63,685 bases of DNA, filler included, from Hyphochytrium catenoides (GCA_900088475.1; 7 parts of 7 records of this genome joined end to end with filler, not necessarily neighbours in it), one strand, 5' to 3'; counted from the first letter of the whole stretch, positions 10,343-23,931 are shown. Notes: generated by a model from the letters alone, not told the origin. Numbers and translations: made by a program.

Positions 10343-13300
10343 TCGAGCATTAGCGGTCAACAAAGGAAGAGAGATAAGACAGCCAAACAAGGCGGGAAGA
10401 AGAGGAAGAAGAGCCTTTCTTCTTCTGCTTCGGTCGAGACAATATTGGTCCTCTAATTCTCCGTAGTAGGAACATAGAGACTAAAGCTTACTATCATCTT
10501 CTACATATACTTCCGACGCATATATTCTCCTCATCCTTCGCATTGCTGCTGGCGTGGCTCCCACTTGTAAGCGGCGCCTGAAGAAGGGCAGTATGGCCTT
10601 CTTTTTACATGCCGCGGCCACTGCGGTTGGGCGGTGGCAGGAGAGGGTCTGATGACCCGCTGACCTCATAAATAGAGAGTGAAGGGCTCTCTCTGATAGA
10701 CCATCTGTGGTCTGCTTGCCACCACCACGGCGTCTCTAATGATGTCTACTGCCATCATCAAGGCCACATCCTTGCATTCGCAACGTGAAGAGCCCCTTGC
10801 CATACCTGTTCGGCCACCGATCCTGGCCGTCATTTTGGCTATTAGATGGCGCTGAAGGCGGTCAATCATCACGTCCTTATCGTTCAGCTTTCCTAGGCTT
10901 CATGCGCTGTCCTCTCCTATCATAAAGCTTGTTACCACGTGACGTCCTCTGACCATCAGGTTGAGCCTTTCTGCACTATTATGTAATGTCAAGAATAAGG
11001 CTCTCTTGCGGCCGAGGGAAGACAGAGGAGGACTACTACTGAAGAAGAGCATTCTTTCTTCCCCTCCTCTATCTTCCACCGCGCTGTGCCCAGAATTGGC
11101 GAGAAGCCGCAACCGCAGCAGAAGGCAACTCGCCAACGAGGAAGGGCGTGTTAGACCCAGTGCTGATGGCTAAGTTAGTGATCAGCAAACGTCATCTTCT
11201 CTGCTCCAACACTTGCTACTGCCAGCAACATCATCCTACTAGTGCTGCCGTCATCTCAATCCAATCATGATGATGTTATGACTGAGCAATGATATCTAGT
11301 AGATCATCCTTGTTGCACCTCGCCTATGACAATGCTGCTGCTCGCTATGTGGCCTCATTCTCTTGGACTTCTTCTGAAAGCTGGAGATGACCTCCACCAT
11401 CTTTCTCGGAGGGCCTGGCGTCGACCACCTAGTGGACACTAATAATAGACCTCTTTCTGCTGACGAGCGGCACTCGCAGCTGGCTGAAGGCGACACTCTC
11501 AGCCAGGCAGAGCGCTGAGAAAGCTATTGAACGCTCTTATGGACCATCCCAGAGTCAACTAATAATAGGAACGATACTATGGACTATCTACTAGCTCATT
11601 AGAGCGCATCCACAGCCGCCCTTGAGCTCTTCTCATCGCGTCTTCTCGCCTCGCCGCCGCCACTGTCAGCAGCCGATGACAGAGACCGCGGAGATCTGCT
11701 AAGAAAGCTGCTAAGAAATCATCGATGAAGTGTGGAAGAGTGTAGACACAGGCATCATAGGGCACTACTGCTAGTCTGTCTCGCAATCGAGTAACGGTAG
11801 TAGTAATTTTCGGGCCTGCCTAGTAACAGTTAGCGTAGTACCCTTCGGATCCCGAAGGCTGGAGAGCTTAACGAAACTAGTTGCCAGGCTGATAGTATTA
11901 TTCGAAAAATAACAGCACTCCTAGTTCCCAACTTCACCTGTTATTCACAGCGGAAGTCTGGACTTGTGACCGAAAATAAGATGCCAGTGCGTTTATTCTT
12001 GTACAAAACAGTTGTCCTGCTTCTTCTTTCTTTCTTATGTACTTGCCCATAATCCGTAGGAAGTAGGTAGATAGGTAGATACTGGATACCAGGAAATACT
12101 GTCCTCGTGATTGCTGAGACATGCCGATACTTGTCCAGTAGCTGACCGAACCTGTTTGTACCTTGCTCCTTGATTGCGCTGCACGCAGGAGTAGAACTAC
12201 GGATCGTCATTTTGTCATCTGTGTAATCTCTGCAGTAGAACTAGTAGTAAGGTCATTTAGTAGTGTTCTACTTCCTATAAGCCAACAACCAGCTCAACAA
12301 AGACTACTGGTGTCAAAGACTATTCAGACAATGGAGCAGAGTCGGTAACCGTGGCAACGCTAAGAGACCAATGGGGAGGAGGACAAGGACGGCAGGCGGT
12401 AGTTCTATCACAACGCTTCTCTCGGAGTTCCTAGTTGAATGAACGTGAGATGGAGCACGTTGAGGCGGGCTATGGTTGTTATTACACTCCTCTACTTCCA
12501 AGAGCCAGCGCTGAACCAGCTGTGTTTCTGGGCAGCCATAGGCTTTTCTATAGCTTTTTGTCTCTTCGTCCTCTTCCTTTTTCTTTTCGTTCACCTTCCT
12601 CCTCCTTTTTCTTGTATATATGTATTTGTCCCCTCTAATAGCTTCAAAGTTCCTCGTACAAGTACAAGTGTCCTTTGATGAGTAGTGCGTAGTAGTAGTC
12701 ATGCTTTTTTATTGGCTCTTTTAACACGCCTACAAAAATAAGCAATAAAATAATCGAATGGCACTAGAAAACACAAGTAGTAGAAGTAGGGTTTTGTTGG
12801 TTTACAAAATAAATGCAGGCAAAAAGAAGCAATAAACTAATCGTCGAATACTCTAGAGTTATTTGACACCAATAGAACTTTGAAAACAAAGGTGCAAAAC
12901 ATAGTTCTACCACTCCGACCTTGTTATTACAAGGAAGAATGACCTTTCAGCCCATAAGGCTACGAGTACAAGTAATCTTGGGTTACATTTCAAGAATTAA
13001 AGAATTTAGTGCCGAATAAATATAAAAAAAAGGCTAAGGCCTTATGTCGTTTGATTCGTACATATTCTTTTGAAGCCACTTCTTTCTGCATTTTATTCTT
13101 CATCGAACGCATCTCGTCCAGTACCGTAAAAAACATTTCATATAAACTAGAAAAGAATGTTATTGGATATTTGGAGGGCCATTCCCACCAGTCAGAGCAA
13201 CAGCCCCTTCCTAGATTAGAACCTTATCTCATAGGCAATCTGTCACCTGTGCATGCTACATGACCTACTGTAGGCTGAAGTGGTCTCGTAATAAAGGATA

Positions 13301-13690
13301 GATATGCCCTTGCCTGGCCAGTGTGTGTAGTAATACGCCTATGCAGTATTGCCCCCGCGGGTGTTAAGGGATTGTATCCAAAACGTAGTAAGACGCTGTG
13401 AGGCCAGAATAGCGGTTGGTGCAGCTTACCATACAAAAACCACACAGTTGGACAGAGACAGGAGACAGACAGAGCCAGACGCCGCGAGACAGAGTGATGA
13501 AAATGGCAGACAGAGAACAAGAGATAAGCCATTGGCGGAGACAGACTCACCGGACAGAGAAGTGATCGATGAGAGAGAGAGAGTCTATAACATAAAGGAG
13601 AGAAAGAGGAGGAAAGAGAGAACATAAGAGAGAATGGGACCCGAGAGAGACAGAGAGAAAGAGTGAGAGAACAAGAGAGAGAGAGAGAGA

Positions 13691-13790
13691 NNNNNNNNNN
13701 NNNNNNNNNNNNNNNNNNNNNNNNNNNNNNNNNNTTAATTAATTAANNNNNNNNNNNNNNNNNNNNNNNNNNNNNNNNNNNNNNNNNNNN
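13691..13790. other. Artificial contig-joining linker
   Basis: 44 N + TTAATTAATTAA (stops in all six frames) + 44 N. Confidence 0.97.
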
Positions 13791-13848
13791 GAGAGAGAGA
13801 GAGAGAGAATAAGGAAGAGAGAAAGAGACGAAGAGAGATGTCCCCTAC

Positions 13849-14245
13849 CTCTTCTGTCTCTAAGATAGTTTTGTCTCCGTCGACGGCTGCGTTATTGACT
13901 AGAACATCCACTCTTCCAAACTCTTCCACAATCCTTTGAACTGCCGCCTCCACCTCAGCCTTCTTAGTAATATCGCAGGAGAGAAAAAGAGCTCTCTTCT
14001 CTCTCTTCTCTTCCTCCTTTCCTCCCTCAGAGGAAGGGGAGAGAGAGAGAGACTCAATGATGTCCAAGGTTCTCTCTCCTCCCTCTATCGGCGTGTCTCT
14101 CACGTCTAGAAGAGCCACCTTCGCTCCTTCCTTTGCGCATCGGATGCTGATTGCCTNNNNNNNNNNNNNNNNNNNNNNNNNNNNNNNNNNNNNNNNNNNN
14201 NNNNNNNNNNNNNNNNNNNNNNNGCTCTCCCGCGCTTGCCGTGGT
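13849..14245 (-). CDS. Short-chain dehydrogenase/reductase (SDR) exon, N-terminal Rossmann half; 3' part lost at contig end
   Basis: AISIRCAKEGAKVALLDV...FLSCDITKKAEVEAAVQRIVEEFGRVDVLVNNAA is typical of classical SDRs. The TGxxxGIG motif would fall in N gap 14157-14223. The exon ends at a GT donor at 13848. Confidence 0.88.
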
Positions 14246-14658
14246 CTGGACATCAAGTAGGACGATAGACAAGGAGAGAAGAGAAAGAGAGAGAGAAAAA
14301 GAGGGAGAGAGACAGAGAGAAAGAGAGAGAGCAGTGAGTGTAAAAATTGCGGCTGAGGAAAGAATTAAACAGCTGACATAGCAAAGGGAAAATCTGATAA
14401 GTGCACGACGCGGATGGAATAGTAAAGCCTTACATGGAGAAACACTAGCTTCGAAGAGAAAGAGAGAGAGAGAGAGAGAGATTATAGAGAGAGGGAGACA
14501 TAGGGGGAGAGAAGGCCAAGGGAAAGAGAGCCTTTAAAGACTGAAGGCGGGCAGAGAGAAGGAAAGGAGAAGGCCATAAACAAGAGTCTTTCAGCTTAAG
14601 GGAGCCGTCCAATGCCCTTAATACTGAGAACCCTGAGGAGCCCGAAGACTCGACATAC

Positions 14659-14937
14659 CTCTGACGCTCTCTCTTTTAAGCTAGCCTTCACATCAATCTT
14701 ATGACGAGGAACTGATGGAGCTGCTGAGGCTGACGAAGAAGGAGATGAAGACGTCGAAGAAGACGTGCTTGAGGACTTCTCTTGCTCCTCCGCTCGTTTC
14801 CGAGCCTCTGCCACCTCCTCTGCCGTGAGTCCTTTTTTCTCCAGAAAGGCTAGTCTCTCTGACAGGGGCGTGTTTTGAACCTTAGGATGGAGAAGAAACT
14901 TCACTCCTTGCTCAACCAAATGTGCTCTAATCGCCAT
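14659..14937 (-). CDS. Pex14 N-terminal domain exon (93 aa), probably exon 1 of the SDR gene
   Basis: MAIRAHLVEQGVKFLLHPKVQNTPLSERLAFLEKKGLTAEEVAEA matches the Pex14_N consensus (R..L...AV.FL..P.V...P......FL..KGLT..EI..A). It is followed by a Ser-rich linker and a phase-0 donor gag|gtatgt. Confidence 0.85.
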
Positions 14938-15523
14938 TTCCTTGAGTCTATTGTCTTTATTGCCCTTATGCACAGCGAACGGTAAACCTTCAAAGACCTG
15001 TGCTTTTATGCCTAGCGTCGCAGGGGGCGGCAGTCTTCCCTATGCGGGCTACGAAGTTCCACAGAAGGGCTCAAGAGACCAATTGCTCAGTCTTCCGAAG
15101 ATTCTGAAAGCTCAACTCTGTCTCTCGCTGTGATCTGCAGATTCTGATTTCTGAAGACCTTGAAGCTTATCGAGACCTCCAAAAGCGACAATTCTCGGGA
15201 AAGGAAACCCCTCAGTTCCTTGCCTTACTATAGATTGCTTTAGTAGATGGTTTAGTTTTGTGAAATCTTACTATATGACTGAGAAGTGTTGCGGGTACGC
15301 GAATATATCAGGCCGGAGTCTGGTCTCACTTCCGAGCAGACGTGAGGATCCAACGTGACTGTAAAGTCCTTTAAACCTCCTTTCACAGCCATTCCCCCAG
15401 GACCTTAAAGACTCTCTCCGGGTTACAGCTTCAGAATAAACGCCATCTCTTTTCTCCTATACAGGGCAGAATTGCAGATATGTTCTGAATATGACCGCCA
15501 TCCACTACCGTTTTGGCCCTGCT

Positions 15524-15914
15524 TCAGTTCCTGCCGCGAAAGAGCACCTGAAGCTCTTCCTCTCGCTCGTCCCCAGAATATCTCTTCCACATCTGTCCTC
15601 CTCCGCTCTCTCCCCTGTGTCTCCGTCTCTGTCTCAAGAGTAGGATGAGCGCGGCCGTGAGGATGAGACAGAGAGAAGTCATGGTCACGGCCAGAGTCAT
15701 AAAGGCCGTCTTCCAATAGCCGGCGGAGGTCTGCAGAAGGCTGAGCTCATCTGACTTCAGCTTCAACTGTGTGGAAAGAGGCAGGAGAGAGACGTTGAGC
15801 AGCAAGAAAGAAAGATGGAAAGGAAGAGAGAGAGTGATAGAGCGAGAGGCCTATAATAGTGAGTAAGAGAGCAAGAGGAGAGAGAGCAAACACAGAGAGA
15901 GAGAGAGAGAGAGG

Positions 15915-15949
<35 letters not shown>

Positions 15950-16771
15950 AGGGAGAGGGGGGTTCGAGTAGCTTAGGAGAGAGTCTGCCGTACAGGAAAA
16001 TGAAGGAAGAAGCCAAAAAGCTACGTCGCTGTGGAGCCTAGTCCGTTTTCTCTCTCTCTTCCTCTCTACCGCTCTCTACTTCGCGTCTTCTCTCTCCCGG
16101 TTCGGTGAAGAGCTTACCGTCCACGGCAGCGTGTTGACCTCATAAAGCATGGCGCCAGTCACCCAGTCAATCTCTTTGCCATTGATCCTGTCTGTCACTG
16201 TTATCGGAGTGTTGTCCAGAGGAAAGCGGTGTCCGTAGTGCAGCAGAGTGAAGATATACGTTCCTAGCCAGCACAACCTGATGAAGCAAACGCCGAGAAA
16301 GAAAAGAGAGAGACAGAGAGAGAGAGAGAGTCGAATAAGAACGGTTAGATAAGCTGTGGGCATTGACTGGGTGGCTTTTAAGAACAATTCTCCCCAATAA
16401 ACTAGGAAAAGAAAGACGGAGAGAGACGCCTAGTACCAAAGGACCGCTAGATGCAGGGAAGAGGGTAAGTGAGAAAGAGGTTTGGTGTATGTATGAGAGA
16501 GAAAGAGAGAGAAGAGACAGAAAGAAAGAAAAAGAGAGAGAGAGAGAGAAGAGAGAGAGAACACGGGCGAAAAAGGGAGAGAGAGAAAGAGAGGGGAAGA
16601 GTTTTGCCTAAATGGAGGATGAAAGCGATTACCTCTTCTTGTCCTTCCTCTTGACGTGCCCAAGGTACTTCTCTGTTTCGTCGGGAGTCATAGCACACAC
16701 TCGCTTTAGACGGGTCTGGGAGAGAAACAGCAAAGAGAACGCGAGGGAGTCAGAGGAAAGGATGGCTAAGA

Positions 16772-16823
<52 letters not shown>

Positions 16824-17604
16824 GAGAGAGAAAGGGATGGAATAGAGAAGAAAGCTGCAGGAGAGAAAAGCCATAAGATAGGAGATGATGTAGGGAGAAC
16901 TCTCTCACCCTTAGGAGTCTCAAACTAGCTGTAGACTGCAGTCCCAAATTCTTCCAGACCTAGAGAGAAGAGAGAGAGTCGGAGAAAGAGAAAGGCAGGA
17001 CGCACCGGAGAGCCTGTGAGCTGGCAGAAAGGAAGACAAGACAGGCACCCCGGAGGAGGAGAGAAAGAGAGCGACCGCAAGATAAGTGTAAGAGAGAGAA
17101 GAGAAAAGGAGAGGAGGAGGGGGAACAGGTTGATGCGAGGGAGGGAGAGAGAGGGAGGAAAGAGAGAGAGAGGGAGGAAAGAGAGAGAGAGAGTCGAACG
17201 CTCTTGCTAACAGAATAACCTTGACGTATCCAGAGAACGCGACGAATTGGCCAGAAAGCTCTGGCTGATAGACTCCCAGGAAAGAGCAGCGTCCGTGGTG
17301 AGAGTAGTTGCACCAAGCATTCATGTGTTTCCTAGGAGAGAGAGCAGCCACAGGGGCACAAGGACTAGTAAGAAGATAGACTACTAGGATCAAAGAGAGT
17401 GAGAGACAGAATGACGAGAGAGAGACACACACACAAAAGCAAGAAGAGAGAGAGAGAGAGAGTGGCCAAGGCCCTCTCCTGCCTCAAGCGTACACGCTTT
17501 GGGTTGCTGTTTAGCCTTTCTGATCTCTCTTCTCTCGTCTTCATGCCCTTGGACATCGCATGTGTCACTTCCTTCTTCTCTCTCTCTCGCTCCCCCTCTC
17601 CCTC

Positions 17605-17659
<55 letters not shown>

Positions 17660-18470
17660 CTCTCTTGCTCTCTCTCTTTCTTAGTACTTCATACCAGAAG
17701 AGAGGCTTGACCTGCTCATAGCACTCGTCCCATTTTCCTGTGCCAATCATCTTCACTCCCTGGAGCTCCTGAGTGTCATTGACCTGAGAGAAAGAGAAGA
17801 TAGGAAACCAGACCACGCGTCGGGGAACCAAGTGCGGGGAAGGAAAGGAAAGTGAGAGAGAGAGAGAGACAGAGAGGGAGAGAGCGAGGAGAAAAGTGAG
17901 AGAGAGGGGAAAGGAAAGGAGATTAACGCGGATGAATTTAGGGAAAGGAGGAGGAGGTACCGTTAGCAGTCTAGACTGTGTGAGAGAGAGAAAGGACGAA
18001 AGATAAAGGAGAAGAAAAGGAAGATGAGGGTAAGGCACCTGGAGACACGGGTTGGGAAAGGGACGGTTGCCATCCTTTTCAGAGAGAGAAGCAGCCGTAG
18101 CAGCAGCCTCCTCCCATCTGAGTGGAGAAAGGAAAGGCAAACAGAGAGAGAAAAATTGTGCCAGGTTAGGTCAACTGTTGGAGAGTCTAGACTGAGCTCC
18201 GGCTTTTTCTGTTTCTCTTCTTCCCCGCATATTGCCGCTGTTTTTCGTCCTGCTCCTTACTTCCTCTTTCTTTCTCTCTCTCTCTCTCTTATCTCTTTCT
18301 TCTCGTCTTCCCCTAGAGACCCTCTGTTACCTTCTATAGGCAGAGTTCCTGCCAAAGTGAAGAAAAGAGTGTGTGTAGATATTCCAATGTCTCTGATTTC
18401 CAAGCTGCAGAACCGGGGGATTGGGGAGAATAAACGTATATGTAGAGAGAGAGAGACAGAGAGAGACAGA

Positions 18471-18502
<32 letters not shown>

Positions 18503-19652
18503 CAGAAGCCGGAGAGACATGTTAACTAGTGGACCGAAGCAGGAAGAACTTCCTGTGCCTTGTTAGCTTTGGGAGCAAGAGCAGGAAGGGCAATAAAGAG
18601 AGAATATACCACAAGACCGCACTTGTTATTGGAAGAGGAGAGACACAAGTAAGCTTCAAAAGGCGTGAGAAGCAAGAAGAAGAGCCCAAGAGATAAGCGC
18701 ACTCTCCCGTGAAGAGAGAAGAGAAGCAGTGCCCAAGAGAAAAAGCTTAATGAGAAACGCACGAGAGAGAGATAGAGAGAAACACACACACACAGAAAGA
18801 GACAGAGGAAGAGAGAGAGGAAGAGAGGTGGAGAGGGAGAGAGAGAGAGAGAAAGGAAAAGAGGGAGAAAGAGAGACGATACCTGGAGTTTGAAGAGGTT
18901 GGCTTGGACGTCCTCCTCAAACCTAAAGAACCCAATCTGAGAGGAAGCGCCGCCGAGGTCTAGCGATCCATAAGTGTATCGCGCCTCCACCGCGCCGAAG
19001 CCTTCCATATAAGGAAGAAAGGTCCCCATCATATAGTTAATCGTCGTCCTAAAACGAGAGAGAAGACAGTCAGAGCCTTGAAACCGTAGAGAGAGAGAGA
19101 GGAAGTGGAGAGAGTGGAGGAAGAGAGACAGGGAAGGAGAGAGAGAGAGAGAGAGAGAAAGAGAAAGGATACGAGAAGGAAGACAACAATCTTCTGGCTT
19201 TCAAGCCATTGGGAGAGAGAACACTGCTTCTACGATGAAGGTCAGTAGAGAAAGAGAGAAGACGCTGTAGCCTCAAGTTATAGGAGAGAGATGAAGAGAA
19301 GACAAGAGAGAAAGCTCTTGTCCTCGGCAAAGAAAGACAGGAGAGGAGACGTGGCCGTACCATGCGTACGCCCCTTCCTCCTCTCCAGAAAGGATCCTCG
19401 CGTGCGCCAACTTGAAGGCGAAAGGGTTGCTGAAGTCATCGCTTAAGTAGTCACGCACACTGCGGAGGATTCTATGGGAAAGGAGTAACCAAAGAGAAAT
19501 GAGGTCAGAAATAGGAAGAAAGACAGAGAGAGAGGGCCAAAGAGAACTGACGACAAGAGTCTTTGGGTAAAAGACAGGTGAAAGTCAGAGTAAGGAAATT
19601 AGAGAGAATACAGACAGAGGAGAGAATAAAGGGGAAAGTGAGAGAGAGAGAA

Positions 19653-19696
<44 letters not shown>

Positions 19697-20540
19697 CAGG
19701 CAGACAGATAGATCGACAGACGGACCAAGAGAAAGAAAGAAGGAAGAGGAGGTCGGAGATCCAGAGGAACGTGTCCAAAGTAGAAAAATATAGAAATGGC
19801 TAGAAAGAGAGAGAAAGGAACACGAGAGAGTCAGCCTTACTCCTCTCTTGGTCCCTCAGCCACCTCTCTCAGCCCTCCCGTAGACTTGAGAAAGATGTTG
19901 AACTCTTTCCAGCGGCTCTCCACAGGCTTCAGAACGTCCTTCGCGAAATCAATTAACGGCTGTCGAGAGAGAAGAAATGTTAGTCCATCATTTGTTTGCG
20001 TGTCTCTTCCTCTTCTCTCTCTCTCTCCTGATCTCCTCCCTTGTCTGTTGCCCTATTACCTCTATGTACATAGCCTGCGTTTTCACCGTACGCCCCTTGC
20101 CGCTCTTCGTTCATGTCCCTCTTTTTTCTCTCTCTCTCTCGGAGACACACTGCCCATCTAAATTTCCCTTATCGCTCTCTCTCTCTATCTCTCTGTGAGT
20201 CCTTCTTTCTCTGAAGTTGCAGAGTAAAATCTCTGGCGTCTCTCTATCTCTCTTCTCAGTGGTGTCCGTTCTTCGCAAATCGCATATGAATGCTGCTGTT
20301 GGTCCTTCCTTCTCTCTCTCTCTCTCTCTCTCTTTCACATTCACTCTCGGTCCCTTCCCCCTCTCTGTCTCTCTTGCTCCCGTCAGTGGCGGTGACCTCC
20401 TTCTCACCTTGAGAGAGACGCCGGCATCATTGGGATGAGTGTGATAAGCGGCGATAGGAGGCCTGACTTCCATTCCCCACTCCGCCTTAGTGATTGGCTG
20501 CGACCAAGGAGGCGGAATCTTGTCGAACACTCGCCGACCC
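15524..20540 (-). CDS. GDA1/CD39 family apyrase (NTPDase) with C-terminal transmembrane helix; 5'-truncated
   Basis: About 12 GT-AG exons give IFLKSTGGLRE (ACR2), ARILSGEEEGAYAW (ACR3), GSLDLGGASSQI (ACR4), WNIYTHSFLHFG, NPCL, CSFLGVYQP and IDWVTGAMLYEVNTLPW (ACR5), then a TM segment AFMTLAVTMTSLCLILTAALILLL and a stop at 15524. ACR1 is not present before the contig end. Confidence 0.93.
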
Positions 20541-20627
20541 CTAGGAGAGAGAGAGAGAGAGAGAACGTGAGTAAGAGAGAGAGAGACAGATGTTGTGGCC
20601 AGGAAGAGGAACGAGTGAGAGAGAGAG

Positions 20628-20727
20628 NNNNNNNNNNNNNNNNNNNNNNNNNNNNNNNNNNNNNNNNNNNNTTAATTAATTAANNNNNNNNNNNNNNNNN
20701 NNNNNNNNNNNNNNNNNNNNNNNNNNN
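20628..20727. other. Artificial contig-joining linker
   Basis: 44 N + TTAATTAATTAA + 44 N. Confidence 0.97.
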
Positions 20728-21553
20728 GATGCTTGGAGCCATAGTTTTATCGTTGGTGGGACGAGACAGACTTCGCGCGCGCGAGAGAGAGAGAGAGAGA
20801 CTGAGAAGCTTCAGGCGGTTGTCGGCTGAAAGGTTTCTTCTCTCTTTCTCCTGTCGCTGGTGTGGGACCTGGGCGGCGCGTAGAAGATCTGGAAGTGAGA
20901 AGAGAAACGCTCTGAGATGTGAAGCCGCGACGCCGGAGGAGAGACCATCTTCTTGGCTCTTCCTCTCTCTCTCTCTCTCTCTGCTGGATCTACCATCTCT
21001 TCTCTCTACTTCTTCCCCTGCATCCTGAGCTAGAAGGTGTAGCTGGCTGCGATCTCCTTCTCTCTCTATCTCTCTCTCCCTCCCATCTTGGGCAGTGGAA
21101 TACTGTCACAGAGAGAGAGAGAGAGAAGAGAGGAAAGAGAGAGAAGAGAGAGAAGAGAAAAGAAGGGGAGAAGAGCAAGATTGCTTCTCTCTGGTTGACA
21201 ATCATCAAACGCGGCGCAGACGTAGCCGATGCGCTTATGATGCTGAGGCGTCAGCGAAACGCCGAGGGAGCGTCAGCAGCTTGAAGTTCTGCCTTCAAAA
21301 GGAGTGAGAGTCTCATGATGAACCGTCAAATCTGCAGAAAGAGGAAGAGAGAAATGAAGAGAGAGAGAGAGAGAGAGAGAGAGAGCATTGAGAAAGAGAA
21401 GGAGGCGAGAGAGATTGGAGACAACGACAGCACTTTGAAAGGAGGGAGAAAGTACCTCATGACCAGAGACAAGAAGGAGAAGGAGAGATGGCGGTAGAAG
21501 GAGACCACACATCTAGATAGACAGAGAGATATCAAGAGAAAGAGAGAAAGAAA

Positions 21554-21598
<45 letters not shown>

Positions 21599-22123
21599 AT
21601 GAAGGGCGGCTTAGTGGGAAGTTCGACGACTCTTAGTCCTCTTCCTTTCTTTTATCCGCTCGATTCTTCTTATTAGAAGACTGGACTTAGCTTTGAATGA
21701 AACGTCGTGACAGAGTGATGATGCGTGTCAATGCTTTTCCTCTTCCACAAAGAGAGAGTGAGAGAGAAAGAAAGAGAGAGAGAGAGAAAAAGAGAGAGAG
21801 AGAGAGAAAGAGAGAGAAAGAGGTTCTGTTTTGATTCCCCATCATCGCAAGCGTAATGGCTTCCCATTGTGTGAGTCAGTGACGAAGAGTTGTCTGACTG
21901 TTTGAAGATGAGAGCGCGCGGGCACTGGCCTCTCATCTCTCTTCCCTCCATGTTTCTTCTCTCTCTCTCTGTTCCAACGCCGTCCTCTCTCTCTCTTTCT
22001 CTCTCTTCTTCTCTGGGCTGTCCGTTTTCAAAAAAAAACTTGCAGGAAGAAGGATCGAAGTCACCGTCATAGGGATGACAAGAGGAGAGAGGAAATAGAG
22101 AGATACAGAGAAAAGAGAGAGAG

Positions 22124-22160
<37 letters not shown>

Positions 22161-23074
22161 GCAGAAGGAGAGGAAACTCCTAATTACAAGCTCCGTCACC
22201 AAGCGTCTGGCCACTTACTCTTCCCTTCTTCAACCTCTTTCTTCCCCTATGAGCTCCTCTTCTCTTCTTCCCGATATCTTTCTCACTCTCTCTTCGCCTG
22301 ATTATCTCTCTCCTTTCTCTCTCTCTCTCTCTTTCTCTCTCCTTTCTCTCCTCCTCGCCACGTCAGTTCAGACGGTTGAAGAGACTCTTGCTTTTTTCCC
22401 ACTATCTCTCCTTGTCAGTGCTCAGTCTCTTCTACTAATCCTCCAAGGGGAAAGGGTAAGGAGAGAGAGAGAAAAGAAAGGCAATTGGGTTCTCCCAAAG
22501 AAAAATGCTCATCAGAGAGAGAAAGAGAGAAGAGTGAGAGTGATGAGATAACGAGAGACAGATAAATATGACGTCTTTATCAAAGAGAGAAAGCTATGTG
22601 AGAGAGAGAAGAACGAGAGAAACAGAGAGAGAGAGAGAGCAAGAGAGAGAGAGAGAGAAAGAGAGAGAGNNNNNNNNNNNNNNNNNNNNNNNNNNNNNNN
22701 NNNNNNNNNNNNNGAGAGAGAGAGAGAGAGAGAGAGTGTCTTCCATCATGAGCAGCATCGTCTCACCTAGTCGTGGCGGTCAGCCGCTATTATTATGACT
22801 GATCGCCCTTTAACTTCGGCAGATCCTAGCAATATCAAGTACTTAGTAGTATTACTACTGAACAGAACCTCGTCACGTCGGAGCCTTCATGAAAATATCT
22901 CCACTTTCCTCTCTCTCTCTCTTTTCTTCTTTCTCTCACAATCTTTCTATCAACTTTCTCTCTTTCCTGTCTGTTTCTCTCCTTGTGCGTCTCTCTTTCT
23001 CTTCCTCTGTCTCTTCCCCTGCCCCCTAAAGTCCCCCCTAAGTCTCTCTTTCTCTCTGTCTCTTTCTCTCTGTC

Positions 23075-23113
<39 letters not shown>

Positions 23114-23471
23114 ATGTATGGTCGCTGCATCTTTCCCTTCAAGTCCTAAAAGATCTATTTCCTTCCCTTCTTGATTCCCAAGGTCGGACGCAGATAATGC
23201 TGCAGAGGTAGGACCAGACAGAGCCAAAGGTCTCATACTCTTTCTCTCAAAGCGCAGCCTATAGAGAGGAGGACGGCCAAAAGGGAAGAGAAAAGAGAGA
23301 AGGAGAGAGGGAGAGAGAGAGACTGAAAGAGAGAAAGAGAGAGAGACTGAGGGAGAGAAAGAGACAGATGATAGCAAGAGACTGGGAGAGGACAGGACCG
23401 TTGCCCATTAACAGAACTCACATGAAGGAGAAAGAACAAGGCATTGAGGGAAGAGACAAAGCAGAGACAAA

Positions 23472-23510
<39 letters not shown>

Positions 23511-23899
23511 TATGCCGCTGCTCTTCCGTCAGTTGGCCCTGTCTGACTCGCATCATCAGCGTATCATCTCTGCCATGGCAGCCCTTCAGCACAAGGAACA
23601 AGATCTTAGAAATCTAAGCTCTTTTCTCTCTTCCAAGCTCCTCTTCGTCGAGCTCTCTCCCTTCTCGATCTGATATTCTCTCTCTCTCTCTCTCTTCTCT
23701 GTCTTTCAATGTCAATCTTTCTCTCTCTCTCCTCTCTGCTCTTATTCTCTGGCTTATCCCTTTGGTCTTCTTAGTACTTATTCTCTTCTCTCTTCTTCTC
23801 CTGCTGCTGATGTCTCTTGTCCTTTGACTATAGTTATATGTCACAAAGGGAGAGAAGAGATATAGAGAGAAGAAGATAACGTAGAAGAGAAACAGAGAG

Positions 23900-23931
<32 letters not shown>

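Noticed and set aside
11842-11881. Helitron 3' end (ccttcgg-atc-ccgaagg hairpin, then CTAG|T)
   Set aside because: The stem is only 7 bp, the 18-nt spacing is long, and no 5' end or Rep/helicase sequence is present.
12700-13263. AT-rich island and 84-aa ORF as a foreign gene
   Set aside because: No recognisable motif or terminal repeats; compatible with ordinary intergenic DNA.
6794-20540. PstS-GPCR plus apyrase as a physically clustered phosphate-scavenging locus
   Set aside because: They are separated by an artificial linker at 13691-13790, so no synteny can be inferred.
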